Notes: generated from the letters alone by a model not told the origin. 64,000 nt of DNA from Vulcanimicrobiota bacterium (GCA_050250895.1 JBFWNU010000004.1:622934-686933), one strand, 5' to 3'; shown: positions 1-10,477, counted from the stretch's first letter. A program made the numbers and translations.

Positions 1-2588
1 CCGCGATAGATTTCGCCCACCGCTACCAGGGCCTCGGCCAGCTGTCGACTCTCGCCCGCCGGCCGTAACTCGGCCAGGGCTCGTTCACAGGCCGCGCGAG
101 CCTCGTCGCCGCTGAGCAAGGTAGCTAGCCTGAGTTCGAGACTGGCGCGGCGGGCCGGCCAGGCGGCGGCCAGTTCGATGCCTCTGCGCAAAGCTGCCTG
201 GGCGTTCTCGTTGCGACCTCGACTCTCATGCAGGTCGGCCAGGCACACGAGGCGCTCGAGCTGCTGGGCGAGCGAGGGCGAGTCGGGTTCGGGTTCGAGC
301 AAGGCGGCCGCCGGATCGGGCTGGCCAGTGGCTAGATAGAGCCGAGCCAGCTGCAGCTTCTCGGCCAGGTCCACTGGCCCCGGGTCAGCCAGAGTCGCAA
401 TGGCCTCTTTGAGATGGCCCTGTCCCTCGAGGACCCGGGCCAGACGCGGGCGTAGCTCGGGTCCTTCGGCCTCACGGCACAAGTTATAAGCGTTGGCCAG
501 GTCGCCCATAGCCAGCGCTGCGTCAAGGCGCAGCAACTGTGCCTCGGGACTGTCAAGGCCGGCCAGTTCTTCTAGAACGCGAGCCGGTTCACCCAGCCGA
601 CAAAAGGTTCGAGCCCGCCCCAGTCGCGGTCGAGGGTCGGCCGGACCCAGCGCCTGACCGGCCAGGTCGTAGCGGTCAAGGGCCTCGCTCAACAGGCCCC
701 GGTTCCGAAAATCATCACCCTCGTCCAGGCAGGTGGCGAAAGCCTGCGCATCGCCCGCCAGGAACAGATGCGGGCCGCGCTGGCCCGCCGGCAAGCACTC
801 ACCCAGGCGAGCGTGGCGACGCCGCAACACGCGCTCGGAGATCGCGCTCGTGACGGCCTCGCGCAACTCGACGTCGAACACCTGATAGCGCTCACCTGCC
901 ACCTCTTCGACCAGGCCCGCCGTCATCAGTCGCTCCAAAGCCTGGTCGGTCTGATCTTCCCCCAGCTCAGAGGCGGTCTGGAGCCAGCCGAAGTCGAGGG
1001 GGCGGTCCACCAGGCAGAGGGCTCTCAAAAGGGTCAGGGAGTCTTCTTCGAGACTGCCGAGAAGCGCGGGTAAAAGCTCGGTGGGCCGGGCCGGCAAAGC
1101 GGCCGGCTCGGGCACTTCGCCCTCGACCAGCAGCTTTGAGGCCGTCAGCAGAGTAGTGTAAAGCTTGGCCCGCCGTGGCGAGCCGGCACAGCGAGGCACG
1201 AGCCATCCGGTCAGCTCGGGCCCAGGCGGGCAACCCAACTGCCGTTCCACCAATTCTACCACCGCCCCCTCGGTGAGCGCCTCGAGATTGCGGCGTAAGC
1301 AGCCGGGGCCATCCACAAAGTCGTAGGCACGGGCCCGAGTCGAGGAGATGAGCCAACCGGCCCCGGTGGGGGGCGTCAGCCGGGCGAGCCGCTCGAGCAC
1401 CTTCTGGCTCAAGGAGTCGAGACGCTCGAAGTCGTCAACCAGGATCAGGTGCTTCTTCTGCAGAGCCCGGCGCAGACCGCCGGCCAGTTGTTCGGGCTCT
1501 GCCAGGTGGGTGGTGTCGACTCTGAGCGAGGCCAACAAACCGGCCAGAGGTTGGCCGGGATGAAGGCTGTGAACGGTGTGTCCGGCCGTCACCAGGCGCA
1601 CTCTTAGCTCTTCAAGAAAAGCGCTGCGTCCGATGCCCGAAGTCGCCTCGAGCAGACACCCCAGTCCCGTCTCGGACAGTCCGGATGTCAGCAACTCAAG
1701 CCAGGTATTCAGGTCGTCCTGGCGCCCCACCAGGAGGCTGCCAGCCGTCGCTTCGTTGGCCGCCGCCAGGGTCTGCCGACAGGCTTCTAGTTCGGTCCGA
1801 ATCTGCTGAGCGGTAGCTGGCCGCCGCCGTGGCTCTTTCTCTAGCAACCTGGCCAGCAAGGTGTCGAGCTTAGGAGGCAACCCGGGTCTGATCGAACTGG
1901 CCAGGGGAGCCTTCTGATCGAGATGAGCTCGCAGCATGGCCATCGAATTCTCGGCCTGGAAGGGGTGGTGACCGGTCACGGCCTCGAAGAGGCAGACCCC
2001 CAGAGCATAGAGGTCGGCTGCCGGCCCGACTTCGCTCGAGAGAATCTGCTCGGGAGCAAGATACGAACAGGTCCCCAGCACCATGCCGTCCTGGGTTAGC
2101 TTGCTGCGCTGTTCGATGCGGCGGGCCAACCCCAGATCGCTGATTTTGGGCACCCCGTCTCGGGTGACCAGCACATTGGCAGGCTTGAGGTCGCGGTGCA
2201 CGATGCCGCGATTGTGGATGTGGGCCAGTCCATCACAGATCCCGGTGAAGACGGTGAGGATCTCGGCCAGAGTGCGACCTCGCAGATAGGCCGCCAGGCC
2301 TCCCCCATCCACGTATTCCATCTCGATATATTCGCGTCCCTGGTACTCCCCCACGGCATAGAAATCGACGATGTTGTCGTGAAAGACGGCGGCCAAATCG
2401 GCGGCCTCGCGGCGAAAACGTTTGAGTGCGTTCTCGTCGTCGGTCGGGGGCAGAAACTTGATAGCCACATGGCGCTTGCTGGTAGTGTCGAAAGCGTGGT
2501 AGACCACGGCCATGCCACCACGCCCCAACTCTTTGACCACCTCGTATCGCGGGGGCAGCAAGTCGATAGCAGGGCTGACCTTGTCCAT
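1..2588 (-). CDS. Ser/Thr protein kinase fused to an AAA/STAND-like ATPase and TPR-like helical region (3' end runs off the window)
   Basis: Manual translation from ATG at 2588: ELGRGGMAVVY, VAIK, HRDLKPAN, DLGLAR, GTCSYLAPEQ, DLYALG; then LVGRQDDL, ATSGIGRS (Walker A-like), LILVDD (Walker B). Missing from the ORF track because there is no stop inside the window. Confidence 0.9.
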   Translation of the reverse strand, partial: MDKVSPAIDLLPPRYEVVKELGRGGMAVVYHAFDTTSKRHVAIKFLPPTDDENALKRFRREAADLAAVFHDNIVDFYAVGEYQGREYIEMEYVDGGGLAAYLRGRTLAEILTVFTGICDGLAHIHNRGIVHRDLKPANVLVTRDGVPKISDLGLARRIEQRSKLTQDGMVLGTCSYLAPEQILSSEVGPAADLYALGVCLFEAVTGHHPFQAENSMAMLRAHLDQKAPLASSIRPGLPPKLDTLLARLLEKEPRRRPATAQQIRTELEACRQTLAAANEATAGSLLVGRQDDLNTWLELLTSGLSETGLGCLLEATSGIGRSAFLEELRVRLVTAGHTVHSLHPGQPLAGLLASLRVDTTHLAEPEQLAGGLRRALQKKHLILVDDFERLDSLSQKVLERLARLTPPTGAGWLISSTRARAYDFVDGPGCLRRNLEALTEGAVVELVERQLGCPPGPELTGWLVPRCAGSPRRAKLYTTLLTASKLLVEGEVPEPAALPARPTELLPALLGSLEEDSLTLLRALCLVDRPLDFGWLQTASELGEDQTDQALERLMTAGLVEEVAGERYQVFDVELREAVTSAISERVLRRRHARLGECLPAGQRGPHLFLAGDAQAFATCLDEGDDFRNRGLLSEALDRYDLAGQALGPADPRPRLGRARTFCRLGEPARVLEELAGLDSPEAQLLRLDAALAMGDLANAYNLCREAEGPELRPRLARVLEGQGHLKEAIATLADPGPVDLAEKLQLARLYLATGQPDPAAALLEPEPDSPSLAQQLERLVCLADLHESRGRNENAQAALRRGIELAAAWPARRASLELRLATLLSGDEARAACERALAELRPAGESRQLAEALVAVGEIYR

Positions 2589-2660
2589 GTCCGCTAGCTT
2601 CCCCGAGCCGAGCCTCTTTCCCTGGAGGCATTTGGCCTCCCCAACTGGAATTGGCTCAGC

Positions 2661-2984
2661 ATGAACTGCCCAGAATGCAACCAGCCGGTGGGCGGATTGG
2701 CCACCAAGTGCCACCATTGCGGGGCCCCCATCGACGAGAAAACCTTCTTTCTGTCCGAGGCCGACGTTATGGAAGAGATCCAGGCGGCGCGAGCGGCCAA
2801 GGCCGCCGAGGACAACAAACTATCCAATCGTATAAAGATCGGGCAGGTCCTCACCCTGGTCGGAGCGCTGGCCTGTGTGGCCACGATTTTTGTGCCGACC
2901 GCGGCCAAACTGGCCACGATCGTCGTGGGGGTGGTGGTCGCTGGCGGCGGTCTCGGCCTTTGGTGGGCCTCGGCTAAAGCTTGA
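2661..2984 (+). CDS. zinc-ribbon membrane protein
   Basis: N-terminal CPEC...CHHC and two C-terminal hydrophobic helices. Confidence 0.75.
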   Translation: MNCPECNQPVGGLATKCHHCGAPIDEKTFFLSEADVMEEIQAARAAKAAEDNKLSNRIKIGQVLTLVGALACVATIFVPTAAKLATIVVGVVVAGGGLGLWWASAKA

Positions 2985-3834
2985 TCGACTTCTTGCCCTC
3001 GCCCGAGGGACGCTCGAGAGTGAAGATCGTCGAACCCACGGTAAAACGATCACCCTCGCGCACGACCACACCCTGGTCGCTGAGCCAGGCGTGCCACTCG
3101 AACCCGTCCTGACGACGCACGAAAGCCACCGGTGCCTGGCCGGGCCGTTTCCACAGATCGAAGGCTTGCTGGGTCTCCTTCCAGCGAAAGATGAAGTGGT
3201 TGGGCCCTAGCTGGGGCTCTTGAAGTTCGATCAGACGGTCGAAGACCAGCGGATTGGGGTCTGCCTCGCTGGGTTCTGGCTGCTGATTTCCCCGTCCGAT
3301 GGTCAGGACCAGCCCCTCGAGGGCGACGGTGGTCGAGCCGTCGGGACCACCCTCGAGGCGGAGCTGAAATCCTCCCCCCACCTGCAGACCCATCGTCTTA
3401 CGCATCGGCTTCTGACTCTCGACGGTGGCGCTGACGTGAGCCGGCGTGGGCGGTGCGGCCGGAGCGGCAACTACCGGGGCGGGCGCGGTGGCTGGATCGA
3501 CCGGCAAAACCTCGAGCAGCACCAAGCCCATCTTGATCTGGTCGCCGGCCTGGATGGGCTGGGTCTCGACCACGTCGCCATTGAGCCAGGTCAGGTTGGT
3601 GTCGCTATTATGGAACAGCAGAAAGCGTTCTTCGGCCGTCTGCCAGAGCAAAGTGGCATGATGGCGCGAGACGGCGCGGTCGGGCAGCAGAACCCAACCC
3701 GGCACGGTGGCCCCCTCGGCGCGAGCCCGCCCGACCATCAGCTTCTCTTCGTTGAGGTGAAAGATCTGCCCGAGCCCGGGACCTTCGATGACCCGCAAAC
3801 CCAGTCCTGAGTGCCATGGCTTCGACTGTTTCAT
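2974..3834 (-). CDS. FHA-domain protein (one clear FHA plus a second, degenerate FHA-like domain)
   Basis: VGR...VSRHHA...DTNLTWLNG FHA motifs, Pro/Ala linker, second TIGRG block; start reassigned to MKQSKPW at 3834. Confidence 0.85.
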   Translation of the reverse strand: MKQSKPWHSGLGLRVIEGPGLGQIFHLNEEKLMVGRARAEGATVPGWVLLPDRAVSRHHATLLWQTAEERFLLFHNSDTNLTWLNGDVVETQPIQAGDQIKMGLVLLEVLPVDPATAPAPVVAAPAAPPTPAHVSATVESQKPMRKTMGLQVGGGFQLRLEGGPDGSTTVALEGLVLTIGRGNQQPEPSEADPNPLVFDRLIELQEPQLGPNHFIFRWKETQQAFDLWKRPGQAPVAFVRRQDGFEWHAWLSDQGVVVREGDRFTVGSTIFTLERPSGEGKKSIKL

Positions 3835-3842
3835 GCCAGGGC

Positions 3843-4472
3843 TTACGTCGGCGGCGAATTCGATTCCTGGCGGGCCCGACCGCGCCGAACGTACCAAACC
3901 GTCCAGGCGGCGCAGATACCGGTCACACCATAGACCATGACCGGACCGAGGGCCAGCACGGTAGCGATGTCGAGGGTGTAGACCATCCAGACCTTGAGAG
4001 CGAACTCGACCACAAAAGTCACCCCCCAGACCCAGGTGATCAGGGTGAGCCGCCGCTTGACCTCGGGATGGTCCATCATCCGCACCTGCTCGGGCTGGGT
4101 CGCCTGGGCCCGGGCCAGCCACAGCAAGACCGGCCTTCTCAGCAGACAACTGACGAAGAAGATCAAGCCGATGAAGCCGGTCAAATAGGACTCGCGCAGC
4201 TGCAATAGGCGGGTGTCCGAGGTGGCCGCCGTCATGGCCAGGCTGATGAGAATGGCCACCAACGAGATGGTGGCTACCGGATCGAGTTTGCCCTTGCGGA
4301 CCAGACCCACCAGCGCCCACACACCCGGAATGACGGTCACCGCCAACAAGCCGTGAAACTCGGTCCAGCCCAACTGGTTGACCAGCAGGAGATAGCCCAG
4401 CCATGGCCCCAGGCCGTTGACCAGCAGGTCGATGATGATCTCTTTGCGGCCGGGCGGCTGCGGCTGGCTCAC
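3843..4472 (-). CDS. VC0807-like integral membrane protein
   Basis: About 6 TM helices, RLLQLRESYLTG...SCLLRRP motif; GTG start overlaps the upstream TGA (GTGA). Confidence 0.7.
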   Translation of the reverse strand: MSQPQPPGRKEIIIDLLVNGLGPWLGYLLLVNQLGWTEFHGLLAVTVIPGVWALVGLVRKGKLDPVATISLVAILISLAMTAATSDTRLLQLRESYLTGFIGLIFFVSCLLRRPVLLWLARAQATQPEQVRMMDHPEVKRRLTLITWVWGVTFVVEFALKVWMVYTLDIATVLALGPVMVYGVTGICAAWTVWYVRRGRARQESNSPPT

Positions 4473-4951
4473 CGAGGCAGCAACACCCGAAAGCGCTTCT
4501 GGTCGATGAGTTGACCCTGATCGTCGATGAGCTGGATGGCCCAGTCGCCCTCGACCAGCTCCCAGTCGTTTTCGAAGAGCCAGCCGGTAAAGTGACTGAT
4601 GCCGACCTGAGCCTCGGCCGGCCACTGGTCAGCCGTGGTCAACTTGCCGGTCTTAGGATTCTTCATGGGCGGATGCAACACCCGCACGACGATGCCCTTG
4701 CGGTCAAAGCCCTCGCCTTCGCCCACGAACTGAACGCCAAAGCGAGTGCCTTTGCGGGCCACCACCTCTTGAGTGCGGCGCTGCAGCCGCACCCCTTCGA
4801 CGGCGTGAATGGTCCCACTGGTGGTGAACTCGGAGTCCACCTGCTCGCGCCCGTCAGGCTTGCCGTATAGCCCCCACTCGACGATCTTGATCGAGGTCAC
4901 GTCGGCCCAGCCGGGGGCGACCAGCAACAACAACAGCAAAAGACGGCGCAT
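4469..4951 (-). CDS. secreted DUF3859-like protein
   Basis: Signal peptide; GTRFGVQF, HPPM, ELVEGDW pattern. Confidence 0.7.
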   Translation of the reverse strand: MRRLLLLLLLVAPGWADVTSIKIVEWGLYGKPDGREQVDSEFTTSGTIHAVEGVRLQRRTQEVVARKGTRFGVQFVGEGEGFDRKGIVVRVLHPPMKNPKTGKLTTADQWPAEAQVGISHFTGWLFENDWELVEGDWAIQLIDDQGQLIDQKRFRVLLPR

Positions 4952-5030
4952 GCCCGGCCATTTCCCGTTAGCCCCAGCCGAGTCCTGGGTTTCATCATTC
5001 TTTGAGGCCGCTGGGGTGAAATCGGCCCGT

Positions 5031-6362
5031 ATGGAAGTCGCACGCGCCTCGAGTGGGCATTCCGCGCCCAGTTTCCTTCGTCGCTCGGCGGCCGAGCCGC
5101 CGCTCGACGACTACCGCTCTTTTCGAGCCGAAGGCCTGCCGCTCAAGAAAGCCATCTGGTCCGGCCTAGCCTATGTTCGCAAGTACCTCTTCAAGAGCGA
5201 CCACGCCCCGGCCGCGACGGTCGACTATTTCGACCAGCAAAGAGCCACCTTTCGCCACCTGCGCGACCAGCAGGTCGACCTGGCCGGTAAGACCGCAGCC
5301 AGTCTCGCCATGGTGGGCGATCTCATGTGGATTCGTGACGGTTGGTCGGATTTTCTCACCCCTGAGGTGCGCGACCGTTTGAACCAGCACGAGGTGGTGC
5401 TGGGCAACCTCGAGACCCATGTCTCCGAGGCCCATAGCTGCCCCTGGATGCTGCCCGACGCGGTGGCCTTCAACTCCAAGCCAGAACTGGTCACCAGCTT
5501 TGCCCGCCCCGACCAGAGCAGCACCTTTACGGCCCTGGCCGTGGCCAATAACCACTGTCTCGACATGGGCCCCGAGGCGGCCCGCAACACCCTGGCCTTT
5601 CTCGACAGCCAGGGCATCGCCCATAGCGGCATTCGTTTCGACGAAACGACCCCGCGCTACACCACCTTCGAGAAGAACGGCATCAAGTTCGGCTTCTACG
5701 CGGCCACCTGGGGACTCAACGACCCGTCCCAGGAGAAGTCGACCGAGGCCGATCTGAACCTGCTGCCGGGCCTGGCTCCGGCTCCCCAATCGGTGGCCGA
5801 GGTCAAGCTCGACGAGGTCGCCTCGGTGCTCGGTCAGATGGAGGCTGACGGCGTCGACTTCAAGATTGTCAGCCTGCACTGGGGCTACGAGTTCGAGCGC
5901 TACCCGGACGCCAAAGTGATGCAGGTGGGACGGGAGGTGGTCAAACTGGGAGCTGACGTCATCATGGGGCACCATCCCCACGTGCAACAGCCCTCAGAAG
6001 TCCTCTTCCTCGACGGCTACGAGAAAGACCTCGACCAATCGGTGCCCGCCGACGCCTGCCTGACCACCGGCGGCAAACCGCGCAAGGCGATGATTTGCTA
6101 CTCGCTGGGCAATTTCACCACCAACATGTACACCTTCACCTGCGAAGCCGGCATGCTGGCTTCGATGAACGTGACTAAAGAAGAGGCCAGTGGTCGGGTC
6201 GACTGGTTCAACCCCGACTACGACTTCGTCTTCAACTCGCGCTGGGAGAACGAAGGTCGCCGACTGATGCGCATGGATGACTTTCTGGCTCGGGGCAACT
6301 CGGACCAGGATCAGCGCCAGCAGGCGGCCGAGTTGCGCCGCCACATGACGGGGGCAGTCTGA
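5031..6362 (+). CDS. CapA-family (PGA_cap) metallophosphoesterase
   Basis: VGDLM, GNLE, ANNHCLD, SLHWGYE, GHHPHV, YSLGNF motifs. Confidence 0.9.
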   Translation: MEVARASSGHSAPSFLRRSAAEPPLDDYRSFRAEGLPLKKAIWSGLAYVRKYLFKSDHAPAATVDYFDQQRATFRHLRDQQVDLAGKTAASLAMVGDLMWIRDGWSDFLTPEVRDRLNQHEVVLGNLETHVSEAHSCPWMLPDAVAFNSKPELVTSFARPDQSSTFTALAVANNHCLDMGPEAARNTLAFLDSQGIAHSGIRFDETTPRYTTFEKNGIKFGFYAATWGLNDPSQEKSTEADLNLLPGLAPAPQSVAEVKLDEVASVLGQMEADGVDFKIVSLHWGYEFERYPDAKVMQVGREVVKLGADVIMGHHPHVQQPSEVLFLDGYEKDLDQSVPADACLTTGGKPRKAMICYSLGNFTTNMYTFTCEAGMLASMNVTKEEASGRVDWFNPDYDFVFNSRWENEGRRLMRMDDFLARGNSDQDQRQQAAELRRHMTGAV

Positions 6363-6425
6363 TGCCGAACTGGTCGAGCGCGTGAAATTGCTCGAGGTGC
6401 GGGTAAATCGGCTCGAAGAGGCGTC

Positions 6426-7670
6426 CTAAGAACTCTCGGCCCGAGGTCGACGGAAGAACTCGAGCATCTCTTCCCAGCGCGAACGCTGGTCCTCGTCCCC
6501 GCCCCAAACTCGCAACCCCTTGCGGTGAGCCTCGCGGGCAGCCTGGTACACCTGAATCAACTTCAGCGCCTGACTCTCCATGCTAAACTCGCTGGCGCGC
6601 TGCCGAGAGGCCTCGGCGAACTCCTTGCGCCTCTGGTCGTTGGCCAACAGCCCCTCGATCTGGTCAGCCAGCGGCTCGGCCTCTACCGCCGTCAAATATC
6701 CCGTCTGGCCTTCCACCACCACATCGCGGGTTCCGCTGGCGTCGACCGCCACCACCGGCAGACCGCTGGCCATGGCTTCGAGCGTCACCAGGCCCTGGGT
6801 CTCGGTCACCGAGGCGAACACGAACAGGTCGGCCGCCGACAGATAGAGCGGCACCTGCTGATGGCTGACCACTCCCATCAGTTCGACGCGTTCTTCTATC
6901 CCGAGGTCGCGGGTCAACTTCTCGAGACCCTTGCGCTCTTCACCCTCGCCCAGAATGACCAGCCGGGTCGGCAGCTTCACCCGGGCCACCGCTTTGAGCA
7001 GCAGATCGAAGTTCTTCTCTTTGGCCAGTCTCCCTGACGAAATCAGAATCTTCTGGTCGGGATCCCAACCCAGCAGCTTGCGCGCCTCCTGACGGGTCAA
7101 ACCGCCAAAACGCTGGGGGTCGACCCCGGTGGCCACTACCGAGACGCGCTCTGACACGCCATAGGTAGACTCGACCAGGTTCTTGATGCTCTGGCTCGGA
7201 ACCACCACGTGGTGACAACTGGTCATAAAGACTCCCAGCCAGTGCTCGATAAACTCCTTGAGGGTATCCTGGGGCAAGAAACTGGCGTAGTGCGAGTAAT
7301 CACGGTACCGAGTGTGATAGGTGAATACCAGCGGCAGGTTCAGTTCGCGCGCTTTGTCTGAGGCCGCCTTGCCCAGCAGAGCGGGGTGATTGGCGTGCAG
7401 CACGTGCGGTTTGAGCAAGGGCAGCAATTTGTCGATAAAGGGCGAGACGGGCAGGGCCAGAGGGTACTTCTGGGTGGGAAGCTCGACGGCGGGGTAGCGA
7501 AAGATGAAGGGCTCTTCGTCCCGAAAGTCCGAGGCGTAGGGAGCAAAGACAAAGACATTGTGACCCAGCTCAGTCAGGGCCTTGCGGAAGGATGTAACCG
7601 AGGTAACCACTCCGTTGACGGTAGGCAGGTAGACGTTGGTGAACTTGGCGATGTGAAGGCGCTCACTCAT
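6426..7670 (-). CDS. glycosyltransferase family 4 (diacylglycerol glucosyltransferase-like)
   Basis: YLPTVNGVVTS, TYHTRY, GRLAKEKN, ETQGLVTLEAMASG. Confidence 0.9.
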   Translation of the reverse strand: MSERLHIAKFTNVYLPTVNGVVTSVTSFRKALTELGHNVFVFAPYASDFRDEEPFIFRYPAVELPTQKYPLALPVSPFIDKLLPLLKPHVLHANHPALLGKAASDKARELNLPLVFTYHTRYRDYSHYASFLPQDTLKEFIEHWLGVFMTSCHHVVVPSQSIKNLVESTYGVSERVSVVATGVDPQRFGGLTRQEARKLLGWDPDQKILISSGRLAKEKNFDLLLKAVARVKLPTRLVILGEGEERKGLEKLTRDLGIEERVELMGVVSHQQVPLYLSAADLFVFASVTETQGLVTLEAMASGLPVVAVDASGTRDVVVEGQTGYLTAVEAEPLADQIEGLLANDQRRKEFAEASRQRASEFSMESQALKLIQVYQAAREAHRKGLRVWGGDEDQRSRWEEMLEFFRRPRAESS

Positions 7671-8934
7671 CGAAGCCGCCCATCACACAATGGGCGTAAA
7701 GCACCATGGCCGCATTCCATGACAGCGGGGCCTCGGCGGCATAAAACAGAGTCTGCAAGGGTGTGCCCTGAGGGTCGTGGACCTCATAGACGACTCCGTC
7801 TTTCTCGATGACCTGGTCGATTTTGGCCAACAGTTGGCGGGCCTGCTCGACCCGCCCAGCGCGGGCCAAAGCCACCACATGCCAGCCACCCAGCCATAGC
7901 CAGGCGCAGTCCATGTGGTAATTCGGGATGCCGGCCAGGCGCATCTCGATACCCACCAGGTGCAAGGGGTAGCGGCGCGCCGTCACCCGGGTGGGAACCG
8001 GATGAGAGAGACTGTCGAGGCGGTCGAGGATTCGGCCCGAGAGGGTCTCGTCGGTCAATCCCCAGGCCACCGCCAGTAAATTGGCGTCAGAACTAACGAA
8101 GCGCAGGTCGCGTGAGGTCACCAGCGCACCCCGCTCTTCGTCCCAGAATTGCTCTACCACTCGAGCCGCGATGGCAGGGGCACGCAGCTCGGCGGGCGGC
8201 TGGTCCAGCCGGGTCTCGATGCGTTCGAGGCTCTCCACCGCCTTCCAGTAGAGCACGTTGGTATAAGAGATCTTGCCCGAGCGGGCGATGCTGTCGGCCC
8301 AGTCAGAGAAAGGTGCCTGACGAATCAGGCCGTCATCGAGACTGCGCTCGATAAATTGCAGGGCCCGACGCCACTGGTCGAGAGTCTGGCGGCCGAAGTC
8401 CCAATCTTCGGATTTCTCCAGGTACTCGGCCCAGACGATCAAAAGCAGCAGACTGCCGTCGCAAGACAAGGTGCGGTGAGCCGTCTCCCATTTGGGGCGA
8501 AGGGGCTGGTCGGTGGGTTGAACCCGGCCGAAGAGTTGGTGCATGTAGCGATCGAGCACATGGGTGGAATGGAGCTTGAGGGGCAACTGGCCATCCGGCC
8601 GTTGAAATTCCAAGAAGGTCTCGAGCCCCTCTTTGACCACCTCTTGACGCTCGAGCCCTAGTAGGCCGAAGGCGGCAAAGCCGAAGTCACGGGCCCACGG
8701 CTCGCGAAAATTCCGATAGCCGGCGCAAACCACGTGGCGAGTCTTGCCTCCCGGCAGGACCCGCTTCTCGATGCAGTTATCAAGATCACGCAGGGCAATC
8801 TGGGCGGCGGCGTCGCCCACCGTGAAGGCCACCGGTCGCAGCGGTCGGGCCAGCAGATTTCGCAGATAGGTGGCAAAACGCAGCACGACAACAGGAAACA
8901 GCCAGCGCAAAAAGGTCAGAATCGAGGCTAACAT
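7663..8934 (-). CDS. six-hairpin (alpha/alpha)6 glycoside hydrolase (amylo-alpha-1,6-glucosidase/GH116-like)
   Basis: WARDFGFA, DWADS, YHxxxxWLWLGG, YEV motifs; start uncertain (8934 or 9000). Confidence 0.75.
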   Translation of the reverse strand: MLASILTFLRWLFPVVVLRFATYLRNLLARPLRPVAFTVGDAAAQIALRDLDNCIEKRVLPGGKTRHVVCAGYRNFREPWARDFGFAAFGLLGLERQEVVKEGLETFLEFQRPDGQLPLKLHSTHVLDRYMHQLFGRVQPTDQPLRPKWETAHRTLSCDGSLLLLIVWAEYLEKSEDWDFGRQTLDQWRRALQFIERSLDDGLIRQAPFSDWADSIARSGKISYTNVLYWKAVESLERIETRLDQPPAELRAPAIAARVVEQFWDEERGALVTSRDLRFVSSDANLLAVAWGLTDETLSGRILDRLDSLSHPVPTRVTARRYPLHLVGIEMRLAGIPNYHMDCAWLWLGGWHVVALARAGRVEQARQLLAKIDQVIEKDGVVYEVHDPQGTPLQTLFYAAEAPLSWNAAMVLYAHCVMGGFDE

Positions 8935-9034
8935 ACCCGATTCTATACGGGATGAGGGACCTGAGCGCCTTTTCAAGTTTTTTTTGGAGCGCCGTGGCAC
9001 ACTCGAGGGAACACAGGAAGGTCATCAGAGAAAA

Positions 9035-10468
9035 GTGCGCATCGCCAACATCACCACGCCAACCAGAACCTCAGCGCCGACCCGCGCGGCGGCGGCCAAG
9101 CCCGAGACTGCCGAAGAGCCGGTCGAGAACTTCGGCGAAGGAATTCCCGGCTACACCGGGCCAGCCGATGGGCTTTCCCATCCTAAATTTCGCTGGCTCA
9201 CCGGTCCCCTCAACAAGGCACTGGTGGCCGGCTGTTTCCGCATGGAGGTCGAGGGCCAGGAGAACTTCCCCCACGAAGGGCCCCAGGTCTATTGCCCGAC
9301 CCATCCCAGCATGTTCGACCCGCCCCTGGTGGCCGCGCTCAGTTCACGTGACTTGCGTTACCTGGCCAACATCTACGTTTTCGACGGAGCTCGTGGCAAA
9401 TTGATGACCTGGGGCGGCGCTTTCCCGCTGCATCGCGACAATCCAAAGTTCAAGACCGTCCGCCACAGCGTCGACGTCATCAGGCAGGGCAAAGGCTTTG
9501 TCATCTTCCCCGAGGGGGGCATCGCCTCGGAGCAAGAAGCCGGCCAGGTCGGCCCCCTCAAAAAGGGAGCGGCCAAACTGGCGATTCTGGGCGGAGCCGA
9601 AGCCATCACCCCCATCGCCACCGACTATCAGCCCAACACCAAATCCCGGCCGCTCGAGACGGCTGTGGGGGCGCTCGCCTCGGCCGGCATCGCGGTGGGC
9701 GGAGCCCTCTCGGCCTTCGGCGGCCCGGTAACCCGCATTGTGGGCGGAACCATCTCGGGCGCCCTGACCGGCATGTTCGTGGCCGGCAAAATCAACCGCA
9801 ACATTACCTACAATCCCGAATGGTATGACCCTTTCCCGAAGTATTTCGCCACCGTCAACGGCGGCTTGCTCGGAGCCGCTATCGGCGGCCTGACGGGCGG
9901 ATTGGCCTCGGCCTTGCTACCCCCGGGCGGCGCTCAGTTGGCCGGCGTGGCGATGGGCCTGGGGGCCGGCGCGGGTGCCTGGAACATCGCCCAGGGTTGG
10001 CGCGACCGCGATGTCGCCCGGGTCCGTATCGGCAAGCCGATCCCGGTAGCTCCCTATGTCGAAAAATACGGCAACACCCGCGCAGCCGCCGACGCCCTGA
10101 CCATCGACCTGCACAAGGCCCTGGCCGTGGAAAAGAATGCCCTCAACGGAGTGGCCCAGGCCGAGCCGAGCTTCCGCGGCAAAGTCCAGGAGACCCTGGC
10201 GGTCGACGAAAACGGCAATCCGCCCCCTCCGCCGGCCTGCGGCCCCGACAAACTCAAAGCAACCCTGAATTATGCCGCCGTTCCCCTGGCCACCGGCACC
10301 GCCGGCACCCTGTTGGGCCTGGGCGCCAGCCAGCTCTTAGGCTTGCCTCCGGCCATCGCGGCTACGGCCGGTTTGGTGGGCGGAGTGGCGGTGGGCGCCC
10401 AAAGCGCCATCAACTATGCCTGCGAGAAGGGAATGAACTGGCTCAAGGAGCAACAGTCCTCCCACTAG
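9035..10468 (+). CDS. lysophospholipid acyltransferase (PlsC family) with glycine-zipper membrane insertion
   Basis: HPSMFD (HxxxxD) and FPEGG motifs; Gly-rich hydrophobic segments. Confidence 0.85.
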   Translation: MRIANITTPTRTSAPTRAAAAKPETAEEPVENFGEGIPGYTGPADGLSHPKFRWLTGPLNKALVAGCFRMEVEGQENFPHEGPQVYCPTHPSMFDPPLVAALSSRDLRYLANIYVFDGARGKLMTWGGAFPLHRDNPKFKTVRHSVDVIRQGKGFVIFPEGGIASEQEAGQVGPLKKGAAKLAILGGAEAITPIATDYQPNTKSRPLETAVGALASAGIAVGGALSAFGGPVTRIVGGTISGALTGMFVAGKINRNITYNPEWYDPFPKYFATVNGGLLGAAIGGLTGGLASALLPPGGAQLAGVAMGLGAGAGAWNIAQGWRDRDVARVRIGKPIPVAPYVEKYGNTRAAADALTIDLHKALAVEKNALNGVAQAEPSFRGKVQETLAVDENGNPPPPPACGPDKLKATLNYAAVPLATGTAGTLLGLGASQLLGLPPAIAATAGLVGGVAVGAQSAINYACEKGMNWLKEQQSSH

Positions 10469-10477
10469 GAGGGGTCT

